A DNA stretch of 64,000 nucleotides. Origin: Promethearchaeota archaeon (GTDB lineage Archaea > Asgardarchaeota > Lokiarchaeia > Sigyniarchaeales > SOKP01). A program made the position numbers and the translations under genes. Under the pieces are notes generated by a model that saw only the letters and a list, made by a program, of their open reading frames with translations, was not told the origin of the DNA and made no database searches. Positions within the stretch are counted from its first letter, which is position 1. Each line of letters opens with the position of its first letter. Location: NCBI GenBank assembly GCA_016839585.1, contig JAEOTZ010000050.1, positions 32,001 through 96,000 on the forward strand, given 5' to 3'. This document shows, piece by piece, positions 9,714 to 19,534 of this stretch.

Positions 9714-9876
9714 AATTAATCAAAACCTCTTTTATTTTTTTATAATTGGATACAAATGTAGGTAAATACTTATCTCAATTTTATTTAAAAGTTATGCATT
9801 TTGTACAAAAATTTTAAAAAAAAATATAAGCATTTGAGCAATTTTATAAAAATACAATAAGAGAAGATATTCTAAT

Positions 9877-10665
9877 ATGGTAAAAAAATCGTTCATTGAT
9901 AATCCTGCTATTTCCAATGTTGTTTTTTATCCTCGAAAAACACCAATTCCACAAAAGTTAGAAGCCAATATTGAAGTTTTACAATTTCAAATTAGTAAAT
10001 ACATAATAATTGGTGGATTTTTCTACTTAAACAATAAAGAATTGCCAACAATTCTACTCTTCCATGGAAATGGAGAGATTGCATTAGAATATCGCTACTT
10101 TTTAGACTTTTTTTTTGAATGTGATGTTAACTTAGCGGTTGTTGATTTTCGCGGCTATGGATTTAGCTCCGGTGAACCAATTTATAGTAGTCTAATAACA
10201 GATGCAATACCAATTTATGATGAATTTTATAAATGGATGCATAATAATAATTTAAACGATTCTCTATTTATCCTAGGTCGTTCACTTGGAAGTATTTGTG
10301 CTTCTGAAATTGGTGCTCATAATCCAGATGGTTTGCGTGGAATTATTTTTGAGAGTGGATTTGCAAGTGCTTATAATATGATGACCCGGTTATTTAGAGT
10401 TAGTAGCCCTGAAATCACTCCAGAATCCTTAAAAGAGTATTCCAATGATACAAGAATAAAGAAATTTAACAAACCCGTTCTAGTAATTCACGGAACAGCA
10501 GATTGGATTATTCCAACTGAAGAAGGAATACTAATATATAAAAATCTCCCTGAGATCGTTGAAAAGAATATAATCTTAATAGAGGGAGCTGGTCATAATA
10601 ATATATTCTCTTTTAAAAATGAGTATATTACTCCCTTGAAGGAATTTATCTCTAAATATAAATAA
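9877..10665 (+). CDS. Alpha/beta hydrolase (Bem46/ABHD13-17-like)
   Basis: FHGNGE, DFRGYG, nucleophile elbow GRSLG, HGTAD and GAGHN motifs. Confidence 0.9.
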   Translation: MVKKSFIDNPAISNVVFYPRKTPIPQKLEANIEVLQFQISKYIIIGGFFYLNNKELPTILLFHGNGEIALEYRYFLDFFFECDVNLAVVDFRGYGFSSGEPIYSSLITDAIPIYDEFYKWMHNNNLNDSLFILGRSLGSICASEIGAHNPDGLRGIIFESGFASAYNMMTRLFRVSSPEITPESLKEYSNDTRIKKFNKPVLVIHGTADWIIPTEEGILIYKNLPEIVEKNIILIEGAGHNNIFSFKNEYITPLKEFISKYK

Positions 10666-10790
10666 CCAACTCTTTTTATCTTCGCTTCTAAGAAATCTTT
10701 TTTTCTTCTAAAAATTGGACTAAAGATCATTTTATTACTTTTATTAATATTTGATATTAAGTTAAAAAGTGATCTAAAAAACAGATAATA

Positions 10791-11120
10791 GTGAAAAGTA
10801 TCTTGTCTAAATATGGTTATAATTATTGTACCTATTGTGGTAATAAGCTACCTGATCATAATAAGAACAAAGCGAATTTTTGTTGTTATTGTGGAAAACA
10901 ATTAAGAATTGAAAAGATTATGATATCAAATCAAAGAATTCAATGTACAATCTGCCACAAATATATCAATTATAATGAAACTAAAACCATAACTTGCTCC
11001 TATTGTGGTAGTAAATATCATGATTATTGCATATCATCTTGGTTGATAAAATATAATGCGTGTCCTTTGTGCCAAAATGTATTTTTAAATCCCAATCTTA
11101 TTCAATTAAATAAGGAATAA
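10791..11120 (+). CDS. Double zinc-ribbon + RING-variant (C4HC3) protein, putative E3 ligase
   Basis: CxxC...CxxC ribbons followed by CTIC...CSYCGSKYHDYCISSWL...CPLC. Confidence 0.75.
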   Translation: MKSILSKYGYNYCTYCGNKLPDHNKNKANFCCYCGKQLRIEKIMISNQRIQCTICHKYINYNETKTITCSYCGSKYHDYCISSWLIKYNACPLCQNVFLNPNLIQLNKE

Positions 11121-11143
11121 TAAAAAAAAGATTAGATAAAAAA

Positions 11144-11788
11144 TTATTTTATTTTTAGTATAAAAAATCCATTTTCAACAAACCAAGTTAGGTTTGCGAA
11201 GAGAAATAACCACTCAGCAAGAGTTCGGGGCTCAACAGCAACATCCTCATTTATTCTATTAACTATTAATAAAATCAAATATAAGATAAAGAAAAATGCC
11301 ACTATTATATTAAATATAACTTGCCATTTAGAGAAATCTGATATCTTACGTTCTAAAGCTGCATAACCAAAAAGATATAGGATTCCTGTAAAGAAAAAAA
11401 GTAATTCTGAAATGTAGTGCATTTTATACGCATCTTCTGCATTAAATATTGCTAAGCCTAGAATTCCTACTGCTGAAAGTACACCAAAAATACACATTAA
11501 CCAAGTTCCCAGTTTATAAGCTCCTTTTTCTAGCAGGTATTGAGTAAAACCAAATATAAAGAAGATCATTAATATTCCTGTGATAAACCATAGAGCATTA
11601 AAATATATCCATAAGTCATTCGATGATGGTTCTCCTAAGTTACTGATAAATGTAGACAAAAAGCTAAAATCAGGGTGTACTAAAATGGCAGGTATAAGCC
11701 CAATCATGAATATTATGACTCCTATAATAGCAAAATAACTTGCATGAATTTTTTCATAGATTTTATTTAGTTTTTCCATCGTTAACAA
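11144..11788 (-). CDS. DUF998-like multi-pass membrane protein
   Basis: About 6 TM helices; ISNLG, H...LLFF and LAEW motifs. Confidence 0.65.
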   Translation of the reverse strand: MLTMEKLNKIYEKIHASYFAIIGVIIFMIGLIPAILVHPDFSFLSTFISNLGEPSSNDLWIYFNALWFITGILMIFFIFGFTQYLLEKGAYKLGTWLMCIFGVLSAVGILGLAIFNAEDAYKMHYISELLFFFTGILYLFGYAALERKISDFSKWQVIFNIIVAFFFILYLILLIVNRINEDVAVEPRTLAEWLFLFANLTWFVENGFFILKIK

Positions 11789-12340
11789 CTTATTTTTATT
11801 TTTAACATATAGTTTTTATTAAAACTATATAGAATTTAGGTCATATTTATAATTATTTCAATTAAATGTTTTTGAAAAACTTCCTGTAGGGAAGTTAATG
11901 AGAAAATTTTACTTTCACCTTTAATTTATAACATTTAAAAATAATATAGAAAAAAAATAATAATTATTAGAATTCGAAAGAGGGAATAGCAAAATCATTC
12001 ATTGCGCTAAGACTTTTTGAGACCAAATCACTATTGTCGGGATTGGTTTTGGAAAATCGTTGTAAGAAAAAGAAACTTAACACGGGGATAAAGGTTCCAA
12101 GATATATGGAAATAGTTAGTAATAAAGAGAATAAAATTGCATTTTTAAAATTAGTTGCCTTTAACATGTTTAGATATAGGAAATTTATATTTAAAAAGTT
12201 AAGTATCTTTAGTCTTTTATTAAATTTTTTGTTGTTCTGCTAACCAAGGAGAAGAAGAAAGTTTTGAGAGATTACGGGCATATATTAAAAAATTGTATAA
12301 AGAGCAACAATAAGAAAAAAGTTGAATAATAAATATTAAT

Positions 12341-12409
12341 TTAAATTTTTTCTTTTAGTAACAATTCAAGAAGTTCATGCCTCAGAATCAAGTTTTTTGC
12401 AGATATGCA
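12341..12409 (-). pseudogene. C-terminal remnant of the local small-protein paralog family
   Basis: Translates CISAKNLILRHELLELLLKEKI*, echoing the ILxxEF motif of neighbouring ORFs; no start codon. Confidence 0.35.
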
Positions 12410-12431
12410 TTAATTGGTGATGATTTAGAAC

Positions 12432-12692
12432 TTAAACAGAATGTTTAAATTCTTCTAACGCATTTTCAAACTCATAAATTAATATAAGTTTGAATTCTGG
12501 GTCTTTTTTTTCAAAAGGAATAATCTCATTTCCGGTATAAATATCTGAAGGAGTTAATTTTTCAAAAATGGTAGAAAAAGGAATTACTAAAGTTGATATG
12601 TCAATAAACTCTTCAGGAGTATTAACTTGTTTTCTTTTCTCTATATTATTGATTCCTTTACTTATTAATTCTAAACTCAATTTCAATCTCAC
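12432..12692 (-). CDS. Hypothetical protein, paralog of 15161-15442
   Basis: Shares Y.GNE.IPF....PEF..IL..EF..A..EF with the 15161 ORF. Confidence 0.65.
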   Translation of the reverse strand: MRLKLSLELISKGINNIEKRKQVNTPEEFIDISTLVIPFSTIFEKLTPSDIYTGNEIIPFEKKDPEFKLILIYEFENALEEFKHSV

Positions 12693-12781
12693 ATTAATTT
12701 ATTTAACCATATTATAATATCAGTCGTATTTAAAAGAAAACTCTCGACAAATTTAGTAATAAAACTAAAATCGAATATTAA

Positions 12782-13066
12782 TTATCTCTTAAGATTTTTT
12801 ATTATCTCCCTCAAATATAATTTCATGAAGAATCTTTCACTTTTACAATAGTCCAGCTTTTGTTTATTAGTTAGATTTGAATTAGTTAATAAAAGAGAAT
12901 GTAGAATTTTTATTATTGCTAAATTCTCATTAGTAATAATTATCGAATCTCTTGTAATAATACAATTAATCTTATCATTTTCATTCTCGATTACAGATGA
13001 CCTTTTAAAATCTGGTTTTTGATGGATTAGATATGATTGTTTTATCTTTCCAACATTTAAACCCAT
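12782..13066 (-). CDS. Hypothetical protein
   Basis: Strong GAGGTGA RBS; 10 bp downstream of 13077-13397. Confidence 0.65.
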   Translation of the reverse strand: MGLNVGKIKQSYLIHQKPDFKRSSVIENENDKINCIITRDSIIITNENLAIIKILHSLLLTNSNLTNKQKLDYCKSERFFMKLYLREIIKNLKR

Positions 13067-13076
13067 CTTTCACCTC

Positions 13077-13397
13077 TTAAAATTTCTTTTTCATTAGGAA
13101 TTCTTGCTTCAATATATGTTTATGTTTAGTCGTCGACTTTACTTGTATATCTTTTTCTTTATTTGCAAAAATATCAACAGGAAAAGTATCTTTATACAAA
13201 TTAAGCATTAAAATTATAAGATTTGAGATATTATGATAACATTCTCTTGAATCCTTGTTGTTGAATAAATCAGCTACAAGTTTAGATAACAGTCGAAATT
13301 TTGTTCTTTGAATTCTCCTTTTATTTTGTGATTCCTCTGGTTTTAGAATTGTTTCTAAAAGATTCTCAACCTTCCTTTCTAATAATTGTGAATTCAC
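13077..13397 (-). CDS. Hypothetical protein, distant member of the P.DI...IL.xEF family
   Basis: 106 aa; FPVDIF...HILKQEF. Confidence 0.65.
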   Translation of the reverse strand: MNSQLLERKVENLLETILKPEESQNKRRIQRTKFRLLSKLVADLFNNKDSRECYHNISNLIILMLNLYKDTFPVDIFANKEKDIQVKSTTKHKHILKQEFLMKKKF

Positions 13398-13515
13398 TTT
13401 TCATCCAAGTCAGAATATTAGTTTAAAGGTAATTCTTTACCAAAATATAAAAAGAAAGAGGATTTTTGTTCAAGAAATACTGAATCTAATAGGCGATGTC
13501 ATAACATAGAACTAT

Positions 13516-13713
13516 CTACTTTAAATCTTCTTTTATTTCTCCATTTGGAAGTAAATTATCGGGGTGGGGTATACCTTTTTCTTCCATTTCGTATCTTACA
13601 CATTCAATATTACTAATTAAGCAATATTCTTCAATCCATTTTCTTTCAAGTTTACCACTTTCCACATAATATTTAATTGGACAGCAAAAATACCACTTAC
13701 ATACTTTTGGCAT
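13516..13713 (-). CDS. Small Cys-rich metal-binding protein
   Basis: CKWYFCCP...YC...CVRYEMEEKGIPHPDNLLPNG; likely start MPKVC at 13713. Confidence 0.75.
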   Translation of the reverse strand: MPKVCKWYFCCPIKYYVESGKLERKWIEEYCLISNIECVRYEMEEKGIPHPDNLLPNGEIKEDLK

Positions 13714-13858
13714 GCCTAAATACCTTTTTATATGAAATAAGAAAAAAAATCCTATCAATTCTGATATTTAATAAAAAGAATAATAAGCTTTATGGTTAAT
13801 AATATCAATTTATTAAAAAGAAGATTAATTTTTCAAAACATATCATTAAAAGACTTAA

Positions 13859-14218
13859 TTGAAAATGAAAGCAATTGGATTGGTTTTTTTGTACAATCGG
13901 ATAGAAGGTAATCCAGAAGAAGTTTCTAGAAAATTTAGCAAACACTTCCATCTGGTTAGTGAGAATTTAGTCACGGAAGGTTTAATTGATTTGCCTGAAC
14001 TAAAAAAGATAATAGATTTGAAACAAATTTATTGGGCAGGGATTAAAGAACGATTTTTAGAAATATTAGAAGATGAAAAAGCTATAGGAAAACTAGCATG
14101 GAAAGTTTTTAAAGATTTTTCTGGTAAAGAACCTTTTGATGAAGTTAAATCTTTAGTATATGATAAAAATGAAGTTCCATGGAAATTTATCTTGATGGCT
14201 TGCGTTCTTTATGAATAA
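13859..14218 (+). CDS. Hypothetical protein
   Basis: 119-aa ORF with natural composition. Confidence 0.7.
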   Translation: MKMKAIGLVFLYNRIEGNPEEVSRKFSKHFHLVSENLVTEGLIDLPELKKIIDLKQIYWAGIKERFLEILEDEKAIGKLAWKVFKDFSGKEPFDEVKSLVYDKNEVPWKFILMACVLYE

Positions 14219-14263
14219 TAAACTTAAATTGTGTAATTAAAAAGATAAGAAAAAAAAAAGGAA

Positions 14264-14986
14264 TTATTTTAATTTATTTCGTTTTCTTACAAGGAGTATG
14301 GAAATACCAATCATTACACAGATCAGTATGAATAAATTATAACTAGGAATCTTGTCTCCTCTTGTAGTGGACAGATCAGGAGCGAAATCCGCGTACTCAC
14401 AATCGAAAGGATACTGCCAAAAATGAGTATATAACAGACATTTCATATTACTCGGAATTTCCTCAACAGCATCAGGAATATAGGCAATTATTGAATGTTG
14501 TGAGACATCACTAAGGATATTTGCTGGGGTTGCTGTACTTGAATTTTCCCAGGCAGTACCATTCCAGACTTCAAAAGCTACATCGGTTCCTCCCAAACTT
14601 TAACATTTCTCTAATGTAACGAAAAGAGAGCCAAAATTTTCAAATTCTAATCTGTAATAAGGGACTCTACATGCATAATTAATCTCACCCCATAGCATAA
14701 ATCCTTCAGAAAAAGTAAGAGTAGTCCAATGACTACTATTCCAATCACCAAGATCACCCACTACAGTAAAGCTTACGTAGTTTCCAGTAATATTAAGTTT
14801 AACAATATCAATTTCATCATGAAAATCCCCAATAACTTTTTCATCAGTACTTTCGCAATATCGATAAACATCGTCTTCAGCATCAATGAATATATAATCA
14901 TAACCATTTACTACTGGTAAGAAAGATATTACTGATAAAAAGACAAGAATACCAAAAACAGCTAAAAGGATATTTTTTTTTGTCAT
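14264..14986 (-). pseudogene. Secreted protein with Loki-CTERM-like anchor interrupted by one in-frame TAA (14602-14600)
   Basis: The signal-peptide ORF and the anchor ORF (IPSYNLF-TM-RKRNK) are in the same frame: GAG AAA TGT TAA AGT TTG GGA. Confidence 0.8.
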
Positions 14987-15160
14987 TTTCTATCAATATG
15001 TATTTTTTTATTATAATCCTTTATTGGATTAAATAGACATAAGTTAAATGGTTATTTAAAGAATTTGGACTTTTCTTACTAAATATAAATTAACGAGTTC
15101 AAAGTGAAATATTAGTTTTTTTATAGGAAACTTAATTTTCCTATTAAAATCAAAAAATCT

Positions 15161-15442
15161 TTATATCTTTTTATTAAGATTTCTACTGAATTCCTTGATA
15201 GCACTAGAAAATTCATTTCTTAATATCATCCTAAATTCCGGATGTCTCTCTTTGAATGGTATCTTTTCATTTCCGAAATAAACCCAAGAACACTGCTTGC
15301 TTTTAGATAAAGAAGAAAATGAAACTACACAACTAGAAAGAGAAAAATAATGATCTACAGAATTATTATATCTGCTCTTTAATACATCATTGTAAAACTT
15401 TTCTATTCTTCCAGAACTCATTTTCAGCCAACTTTTTACCAT
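15161..15442 (-). CDS. Hypothetical protein, paralog of 12432-12692, translationally coupled to the RHH gene
   Basis: Its ATG directly follows the RHH gene stop; shared GNE.IPF...PEF motif. Confidence 0.7.
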   Translation of the reverse strand: MVKSWLKMSSGRIEKFYNDVLKSRYNNSVDHYFSLSSCVVSFSSLSKSKQCSWVYFGNEKIPFKERHPEFRMILRNEFSSAIKEFSRNLNKKI

Positions 15443-15892
15443 TTATTCTAATTTAACTACATAATTACCGTCAATTTCAAGATTTAGACCTTTTGCTTCT
15501 AATTCATCTCCATAATCCGTTATAATATCAATTAAAGTATCATAAGGTATCTCCATTTTATCTGCTAATTTTGATATTTCAAATCTTCTCATTCTCTTAA
15601 AAAGGTGAATTAATCTTTCAATCACTTTTTCCTTTTCTTCTTCTATTACTTCTATTTGTAGTTCTCTCCGTATATCTGAAAACTTAATTCCATAAGTATT
15701 CTGAATTATATCAGTATTAGCCCCTATCCATTTTTTCAATATTGTTCGAATGACCTCTGATTTGTTCTGTCCTTCATACCCAACTAAATTACTGATAAGT
15801 AATTCATCAAATTCATCTAGACTAACAGTAATTCTAGGTAATTTAGGTTTTTTACGTTCCTTTTCAGTATTAACATCAGAGTTGGAACTCAT
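15443..15892 (-). CDS. Ribbon-helix-helix (CopG/Arc-like) regulator with C-terminal winged helix
   Basis: PRITVSLDEFDELLISNL...NKSEVIRTILKKWI, then FEISKLADKMEIPYDTLIDII...LEIDGNYVV; likely start MSSNS at 15892. Confidence 0.75.
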   Translation of the reverse strand: MSSNSDVNTEKERKKPKLPRITVSLDEFDELLISNLVGYEGQNKSEVIRTILKKWIGANTDIIQNTYGIKFSDIRRELQIEVIEEEKEKVIERLIHLFKRMRRFEISKLADKMEIPYDTLIDIITDYGDELEAKGLNLEIDGNYVVKLE

Positions 15893-15938
15893 CGTTCTAT
15901 GTCGACAAAAATTTGTTCTACTAATTTTCATATGGGAA

Positions 15939-16001
15939 GATGCATTTATAAATCTTTGCATAATATGATCTGCATCTGCACTGCATCACAAGATTTAAAT
16001 A
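15939..16001. promoter_or_regulatory. Divergent promoter with two TATA-like boxes and clustered TGCA repeats
   Basis: TTTATAAA at 15945 and TTTAAATA at 15994; TGCA at 15941, 15957, 15971, 15977 and 15982; AAATCTT...AAGATTT inverted pair. Confidence 0.5.
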
Positions 16002-16085
16002 TGAAAAGGATCATAGTTTTAATATCCAAATAATATTGCTATAACACATCAATATTACCATAAAAAATGAATAAGTATCGAATGT

Positions 16086-16736
16086 GTGTGTGAAATGTTA
16101 GAACTTTATACACCTAATTATGAAATTCTTAATACAAAAGAAAGGATAACGGTTGATTTATTAAAAGAAAGCCAAGAATTTTTGGAGCAACTCGACATTA
16201 ATTTTGATTTGTTACTAGATACGATTACATTAATATATCGATATTTGAGGAAATGTGAAAAAATCCCTCATAACTTGTTTAAATTCCTAATTTCTGCATA
16301 TTACATAGTCTCAAGACACCCTTTAGCATTTCCTCTTCATGAATCAAAACAAGATTTTTGTGAGAAGTTTGGACTTCAGCCTAGCTCATTAGAATACAGT
16401 GTAGATAAGATCTCAAACAAATTAAACTTGGTAAAAATCTTGGATGACATGAATTATCCATATTTTCTTGATCCAGATTCTGATTTAGGTTTAAAGTTTG
16501 TGAAAAATATTGTTAAAACTACTGTTGAAAAATCTATGATGAAGTTTTTACTATATAATAAACCAATCAATTCACAAATCTTAACTGAACAATTAGTTTC
16601 AAAAATAATTTTTGAGGAGAATATCTTTCCAGAAGAACTCTTTCGACAATTTTACGAGATAACTTTCGAATTTGTAGAAGAAAAATTTCAAGATTATTAT
16701 GATTATGTTGAATTACAGCAAAAATATCTTATTTAA
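16086..16736 (+). CDS. Cyclin-fold (TFIIB C-terminal-like) protein lacking a zinc ribbon
   Basis: Helical pattern ...TITLIYRYL...FLISAYYIVSRH...SKQDFCEKFGLQPSSLEYSVDKISNKL resembles a TFB cyclin repeat with its HTH. Confidence 0.55.
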   Translation: MCEMLELYTPNYEILNTKERITVDLLKESQEFLEQLDINFDLLLDTITLIYRYLRKCEKIPHNLFKFLISAYYIVSRHPLAFPLHESKQDFCEKFGLQPSSLEYSVDKISNKLNLVKILDDMNYPYFLDPDSDLGLKFVKNIVKTTVEKSMMKFLLYNKPINSQILTEQLVSKIIFEENIFPEELFRQFYEITFEFVEEKFQDYYDYVELQQKYLI

Positions 16737-16770
16737 TTTTTTTAATTTAAATTTTTTTAATTTCCTTAAA

Positions 16771-17613
16771 TCAACTCTCATATAAGCTTATATTACTTAA
16801 AATTGAATCTACTTTGGAAAATAATCCTGTTATTAAACTCAATTCTTTTTTTGACATAAAAGCACGTTCAAAAACATTTTTAAACGCAAAAAATACATTT
16901 TCTTTTTTATGAGATCTTATTCTCAACTTTTCAATAAGGTGGTCTATAAATTTATAAAGAGTAAGACGGTTTTCTTTATTTGCATAAAGAATAGGGTGTT
17001 GTCCTCGTCCAATTGTTAATATGCTTATTTTTTTAAATATTTCATATAAAACTATTCCACAAGCGTGTGAAATATTTAAAGTAGGGTAATTAGGTCCTGT
17101 AGGGATTCTTAATAATATATCTACAAAGTTGATTTCTTCATTAGTTAAACCTCGAGACTCCTTACCAAAAAGTATAGCAATTTTTAATGGAGTTTCGGAT
17201 TTTGGAAATATTAAGTCTTCAGGGAAAATCGCTAATCTTCTAATATTTGAGTAGCTTTCGCCTTTGGCCGTTGTAGCAATAATTAAATCAAATTTTTTTA
17301 AATAATTTTTTAATGTAGGCAGATGATCTTCTTGATCTTGAATAGTTATTAATTCAGCATTAAAAAGAATATCTTTTCCATGCATAGCAAATCCTTGGGT
17401 TTCATAACTGAATATTTTCTCAATTTCTTCAATTGGATTAAAAATAACAAGCTTTTTAAAGTTGAAATTTTCCATTAGACGTGCTATAGATCCAATATTC
17501 CCTGCATGCTCAGGTTGAACCAATACTACAGAAAAAGATAAAGTTTCATATTCTTTTATTATATGTGTTTCTTGAAAAGTGTCAATTTCTCTTTTAATTT
17601 TCTTTTTATCCAA
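16771..17613 (-). CDS. trmJ: TrmJ/LasT family SPOUT tRNA methyltransferase
   Basis: VVLVQPEHAGNIGSIARLMENF, ILFGKESRGLTNEE and YPTLNISHA motifs. Confidence 0.88.
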   Translation of the reverse strand: MDKKKIKREIDTFQETHIIKEYETLSFSVVLVQPEHAGNIGSIARLMENFNFKKLVIFNPIEEIEKIFSYETQGFAMHGKDILFNAELITIQDQEDHLPTLKNYLKKFDLIIATTAKGESYSNIRRLAIFPEDLIFPKSETPLKIAILFGKESRGLTNEEINFVDILLRIPTGPNYPTLNISHACGIVLYEIFKKISILTIGRGQHPILYANKENRLTLYKFIDHLIEKLRIRSHKKENVFFAFKNVFERAFMSKKELSLITGLFSKVDSILSNISLYES

Positions 17614-17831
17614 TTTTGCTCACTCATTATTGGAATTTTTAAACTTTTTATCAAGGAGAGTTATTAAAAATTAAAAATCTTCCTTTATAATTTATATTAT
17701 TTATTAAGAACCGATTCAAAAAAATTGATATCGTTCATGAAAGATATTTATATTGAAATTACCATTAATTAGTTATAATATTAATTTTGAATAATTATTA
17801 CTTCAAAAGTATTAATTTTTAAGTATTTAAT

Positions 17832-18434
17832 GTGAGTCAAATGCCAGTATATAAAAACATCGGAGAGTATCTTGAATTTATCAATATAAGTAATGAAAAG
17901 TTCACATTATTTGAGTGGAAACCAGCTAGATCATTTAAAAGATATGATTTAGATTTAAATATTGTCAAACAAAATCCAGTTAACGATATTTTCTTTCATT
18001 TAACCAAGGGAAATATGAAAATTGTACATATCAGAAGAGATAATTTAATATATACTGTTGGTTCGAGAAATGAAGTACAATTTCAATTATTGGAAGCTTT
18101 ATTGGATCATGTAAGTTTTAAATTTCATGATATATATGATGTGGAGGTAATTTTGTCCTATGGAAATTTTTCTATTAATATTTTTAATGCTTTTAAAAAT
18201 GAAATTGAAGATATTATAGTACAGTTTGCAGATTTGGGCTTATTAAAAAGAATAAATGTTGAATGTAGAGTATGTAATAAAGTTCTAACCTTATTTGTTA
18301 AAAAAAATTTTATTGAAAATGCTGAATCTTATCCTGTTCCAATAGTATATGTTCATGAGGGGCACGCTATTTTATGCTTTATTGATCAAAATTTTGATAT
18401 ACGTGGAGTAGAATTAGTTAATATTACAGGGTAA
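17832..18434 (+). CDS. Asgard-type protein: longin/PAS-like N-terminal region plus C-terminal CxxC...H..H zinc domain
   Basis: CRVC...YPVPIVYVHEGHAILCFIDQNFDIRGVE C-terminal motif. Confidence 0.55.
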   Translation: MSQMPVYKNIGEYLEFINISNEKFTLFEWKPARSFKRYDLDLNIVKQNPVNDIFFHLTKGNMKIVHIRRDNLIYTVGSRNEVQFQLLEALLDHVSFKFHDIYDVEVILSYGNFSINIFNAFKNEIEDIIVQFADLGLLKRINVECRVCNKVLTLFVKKNFIENAESYPVPIVYVHEGHAILCFIDQNFDIRGVELVNITG

Positions 18435-18508
18435 TGATAAAGAAATTAATTAAATTAATAATAAAATATTAAGAAATAGTTATAAAATAACTAAACAATT
18501 TAATAATT

Positions 18509-19531
18509 ATGGCAGAAGAGAATTCCAAAGATTCTCCTTTTTTTGAGGAAATAATTAAAAAAACTAAAACTGGAATCACATTTCCAAAAACTCTAAGAGA
18601 TCTATTGTTTGAAGATGAAGAAGATATATTTTTTAGATTAATTGTACCAGAAGAAAAAGATAAAATAATTTTAGAATTTTTATCTAAAGAACAAGCAGAA
18701 AAGTTAACAGAAGAGTTTAAGGCGAAACCAAAAAAATTTCCCACAAAACCTAAGCAAAAACAATCTGTAAAAACGGGAAAATCAATTGGGTATTCACCAA
18801 GCTGGGGTGAATATTTCGTTTATGATTTCGATGCTAAAGATAAGGTTCAACCGATTTTAGAATCAGCATTTTACAAATTTGCAGAAAAACCTTTAAATCT
18901 TGAAGATGCTATGGGTAGAGTTAAGTATGCTTTAGTTTCTTTCCTAACTTCTACAAAAACAGAAAATGCAAAGTTATATTTTACTATAGAGAAATTCTTA
19001 CTAGATATCGTTGAGAAATTTGATTTACCTAATTTATTAGATTGGATTTTTGAAAAAATTATACCTAGCATTGAAAGTAAATTTCTCTATGAGTTAGCTC
19101 TTTTAGAATTAATCGAATCGAGTTTAAAATTTAAAAGATGGGAAAAGGCGGAAATTTATATTTTCCATGTGTTGAAAAATATTGATAGCTACACTGATTC
19201 TGAATTGTATAATATAATGAACAGTTTTAATCAATTAATCAGAAAGGTAAAATATGTTGAGAGATCTGATAAGATAGATATTTTACTCAAAGAAAAATTA
19301 TTAGAATATGGAGAAGGAATAGAAGATATAGATTATAAAATTCAAATTATAGAGTTCCTCGAAGATCTTAATTATATTGAGCTAGCATATGATCTAGCAA
19401 AAAAAATTCAATTGAGTTTGGCCCCAGAAAGTATGAAAATAGAAGAAGTTCGAAAATTAGTGAGAAGATTACATAAAGCTCCTATTACTGAGAATAAACC
19501 CCAATCTAGTATTGATTTTGATGAAGAATGA
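18509..19531 (+). CDS. AbrB/SpoVT-like N-terminal domain + alpha-solenoid protein
   Basis: KTKTGITFPKTLRDLL...FFRLIV...KIILEF swapped-hairpin pattern, a Lys/Pro linker, then helical repeats. Confidence 0.55.
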   Translation: MAEENSKDSPFFEEIIKKTKTGITFPKTLRDLLFEDEEDIFFRLIVPEEKDKIILEFLSKEQAEKLTEEFKAKPKKFPTKPKQKQSVKTGKSIGYSPSWGEYFVYDFDAKDKVQPILESAFYKFAEKPLNLEDAMGRVKYALVSFLTSTKTENAKLYFTIEKFLLDIVEKFDLPNLLDWIFEKIIPSIESKFLYELALLELIESSLKFKRWEKAEIYIFHVLKNIDSYTDSELYNIMNSFNQLIRKVKYVERSDKIDILLKEKLLEYGEGIEDIDYKIQIIEFLEDLNYIELAYDLAKKIQLSLAPESMKIEEVRKLVRRLHKAPITENKPQSSIDFDEE

Positions 19532-19534
19532 AAC

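Noticed and set aside
11967-12243. Overlapping antisense ORFs 11967-12167 and 12034-12243
   Set aside because: No recognisable motif, RBS or homology; possibly decayed sequence, so not called
14597-14605. Stop-codon recoding at the in-frame TAA
   Set aside because: TAA is the main stop codon throughout the window; a single nonsense change or error is simpler
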